From contig NC_087245.1 in NCBI RefSeq assembly GCF_037042905.1, forward strand, positions 36,458,001 through 36,522,000: a stretch of 64,000 nt of DNA. Direction: 5' to 3'. Position 1 is the first letter of the stretch, and every line of letters starts with the position of its first letter. Source of the DNA: Lytechinus pictus. Lineage: Eukaryota. The translations under genes and the position numbers were made by a program. The notes beneath the pieces are model-generated. The model ran no database searches and was not told the origin of the DNA. It saw only the letters and a list, made by a program, of their open reading frames with translations. This document shows, in pieces, positions 61,217 to 64,000 of the stretch.

Positions 61217-62821
61217 TAGGTTTTATTATTTTAGGGGGAAGGAAGTACATATATAGGAAGGGAAGAAAGGTATGAAGCAGATACAAGGTAAAAATATCTC
61301 CTCTTGTGGACTTGGTACTGAAATTGGAGGTAACCTGACATGGCGCCTAAGGGGGAAAAACTTAATGAAATAAAAAAATAGTTGTATTATGCCCATGTTT
61401 TCTAGATCAAAGATAGAATAAATTCTCCTTTTACTCAACCAAATGTAAATGATTTAAATTTAGATTGGAAAGTGCATGGCTTTGTCAAATCCCAACGTTG
61501 GAAGTGTTAAAATTGTTTGTGACAGAAACAAAAAACAACAACTACTAATTGGACTTGTTTCCAGGTTTCCTGAAAAAATGAGCAAAAATAGACATCAGAT
61601 TTCCTTCTGTAAAATATACAATTCCTTCTGGTCTAATTTGAGTAGTCACCTTACCCTTCGTTTTTCAATACTAATGATGCCAATATTTGCTGAAAAAACA
61701 AGCAGTACATCGCTCATCCTAGCCAATGTAATGATATGTTTTTGTCTTCAAAGGGTGCTCGTGAGCAAAGACAGAATTAGATCTCGGAGAGAGAATCCTA
61801 TAAATAGAGGCTTTTGACCAAAACACCCCCAAAAAACAAAAACAAGACTCAGAAATTAGGTCAGGATTGGGTGGAAATGGACAGAGAAAATGAAAACAGG
61901 CATTGTTAAGTTGGTGGATATTTCAAAGAGAGTGAAGTGAGAAAAGGGTGAAGATGTGAGACTAAATTTGGTTTTCCTGATTTAAACCAAACCAAAATGG
62001 AAACTGAAAAAAGTGAGGCTTTTGATTTTAGTACCAAGTCAGTGTATGGAAACATAGAGCTGCCAATACCAGTAATAGCATTTAATGTCTTTTTTAATTT
62101 AAAAAGAAAAAAGTAAGATCACATCTAAACTGCCACTCTATTTAGTAGTCATCAATATGTTAAAATATTTCCTGTTTAATATCAATATCAATATTACAAA
62201 AAGCCTTTCCACAATTGTTATGTTTATACTTTTGTCATGTATCATGTCAATTTTCATGTTATTGTAACATTAACATTTCACATATTTGTCCTGTCAGTTT
62301 TTCAGTTTTTCATTCATTGCACTTTTTTGTATTTTTCTGTTGAAATTTTTGGGGTATAATTTATTTATTTTGAGTTAATGTACAAACAGTATGACTTTCC
62401 ATTATGGACAATAAAAACAATTCTGAATCTGAAATGACATGGTGCAAACAGAGATCATCCAATCACAAAAACCGTAATAAAAAAATATTTGTCAGCTTGT
62501 ATGAACCATATATCATTTCTTTTCATTGATGCTTAGAAAAACAGATTCGAAAAGCCGAGGAAACATATATAGAGAATGAGAAAATTCATGATGATAATGA
62601 AGATAAATTATTTCTAATGCACATTTTTAAAAGCTACTAAATGCAATAAACTCTTTTAGACTGAAGTCCTTTATTTTTTATATTTACATGATACTTTTAT
62701 TAAAGATAAAGCACTCCCAAGAGTAAAACATGTAAGAAATTTCACAAACTTAAAGTTTGCCATTTGACACTACTGGCGACTGTTTCATAAAGAGTAAAAA
62801 CTATGTTAACTTTTCCATTAT

Positions 62822-63264
62822 GACCCCGTTCTCATTACACTTTCTAAAACTAGTTTACTGGAAACCAGTTCAGGAAACCAGTTTGGAAGATCACTTTGCT
62901 AGCGTTCCCATTTGATCACCCAAAAGTGGTTTTCAAAATCACTTCACATAAAGCAATTTTGTTGCTATGGGAACACTCTCAGTGGGGTGACATGTTTCCC
63001 AGAAAATTTGAAACTGCAGCATAGGCATTCTACACACAGCATATGGAGTAGCGCGCTCAAAATGTACAAAGATCGCTTCCTGAAGAACGATTGTGTCCTC
63101 ACTTATGCTAAAACCGGTTTAACGAGGCAAAGCGATCTTGAAAATTACATCGCGAGCGCGAGGTGGTTTTATGAACCGGTTTGGAAGATTGCTTCAACCG
63201 TATTCATTACACGTTAAACTAGTTTCCACTAAACTAGTTTTAGGAAGGTAGTGAGAACGGTGTC
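62822..63264. mobile_element. MITE with 3-bp TSD (TAT), inverted relative of 52484-52916
   Basis: tat|gaccccgttctcattac ... gtagtgagaacggtgtc|tat. Confidence 0.8.
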
Positions 63265-64000
63265 TATGTCAACTACCATGGTAACAGGGCCCATTAGCCA
63301 ACCAAATTCATGGTTACCTTGGTAATTAAATAATGGAAAAGTTACAATAGTTACAAGTCCTCATGAAATGTACCCCAGATTTTAACAGGACCAAAGAATA
63401 TTGTTAGTACAATAATAATGTAGTAGACATTATAAATTATTCAAGAATATATACCACTCTGAAAATCAAATTAACAATCAAACTTCAAAAGGTATTATTA
63501 TTACAACAGGTTAATTCTTTGATTGGAACAGACCTTCCAAATTCCATCTGGTTGCCCACCATTTCCTGGTCGCCCCTCGTCGTCCTTTTTTCAATCCATT
63601 TGTCGCTGTTTGGAATAAAACCCAAACCTGAGCATTTTAATGGGGTATGACCTACATACGTCTGTGATTGTAGAGGTTTAATTCAGTCACCTGAGTCCCT
63701 GTAATGTGCCTTGACACTTTGAAATGTCACCGTCAACCGAGAGAATCTAGCCACATTCTATGTACGGAAGAGAATCTCATTTTATATGCGCGACCACTTG
63801 GTGCATTGCCGCTTGGTTTTAACACCAGTCGGTGATATATTCCGGATTGTTTAATAGTAATAATAATAATACATTGAAAATGTTTCATTTCTATATATCA
63901 AATTTGTCTAATTATCTATTCATCTTCATAGATGGATCGATATCTTTAAACGATCATTTGGTCTGTTCTCAGTTAATGTTATCAGATAGACTTAATTGGT

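Overview
This is AT-rich, repeat-dense eukaryotic DNA, probably from an invertebrate deuterostome (sea-urchin-like repeat content; inference). It holds two very recently inserted Ty3/Gypsy LTR retrotransposons. Element A (2048-7000) is an intact Mag-type element with identical 172-bp LTRs, a GACAT target-site duplication (TSD) and one Gag-Pol ORF. Element B (21989-35225) is the most unusual object. It has ~3.76-kb LTRs that differ only in poly-C run lengths, an ATAT TSD, a tRNA-Leu PBS and a -1 gag/pol slippery site. Its integrase is detached into a separate ORF and truncated at a splice-junction-like point, and is followed by an extra ORF encoding a two-finger C2H2 zinc-finger protein with charged, acidic and basic tracts where env would sit. 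Each LTR carries a CRE/CCAAT/TATA promoter and a 7-unit 36-37-bp array. One host coding exon is recognisable (53112-53221), the N-terminal Rab27-binding segment of a MyRIP/melanophilin-family gene, with candidate non-coding first exons upstream. The rest is MITEs (often nested), tRNA-derived SINEs, LINE fragments, a Penelope-type hammerhead motif and long simple repeats. Most short ORFs in the track are repeat artefacts.
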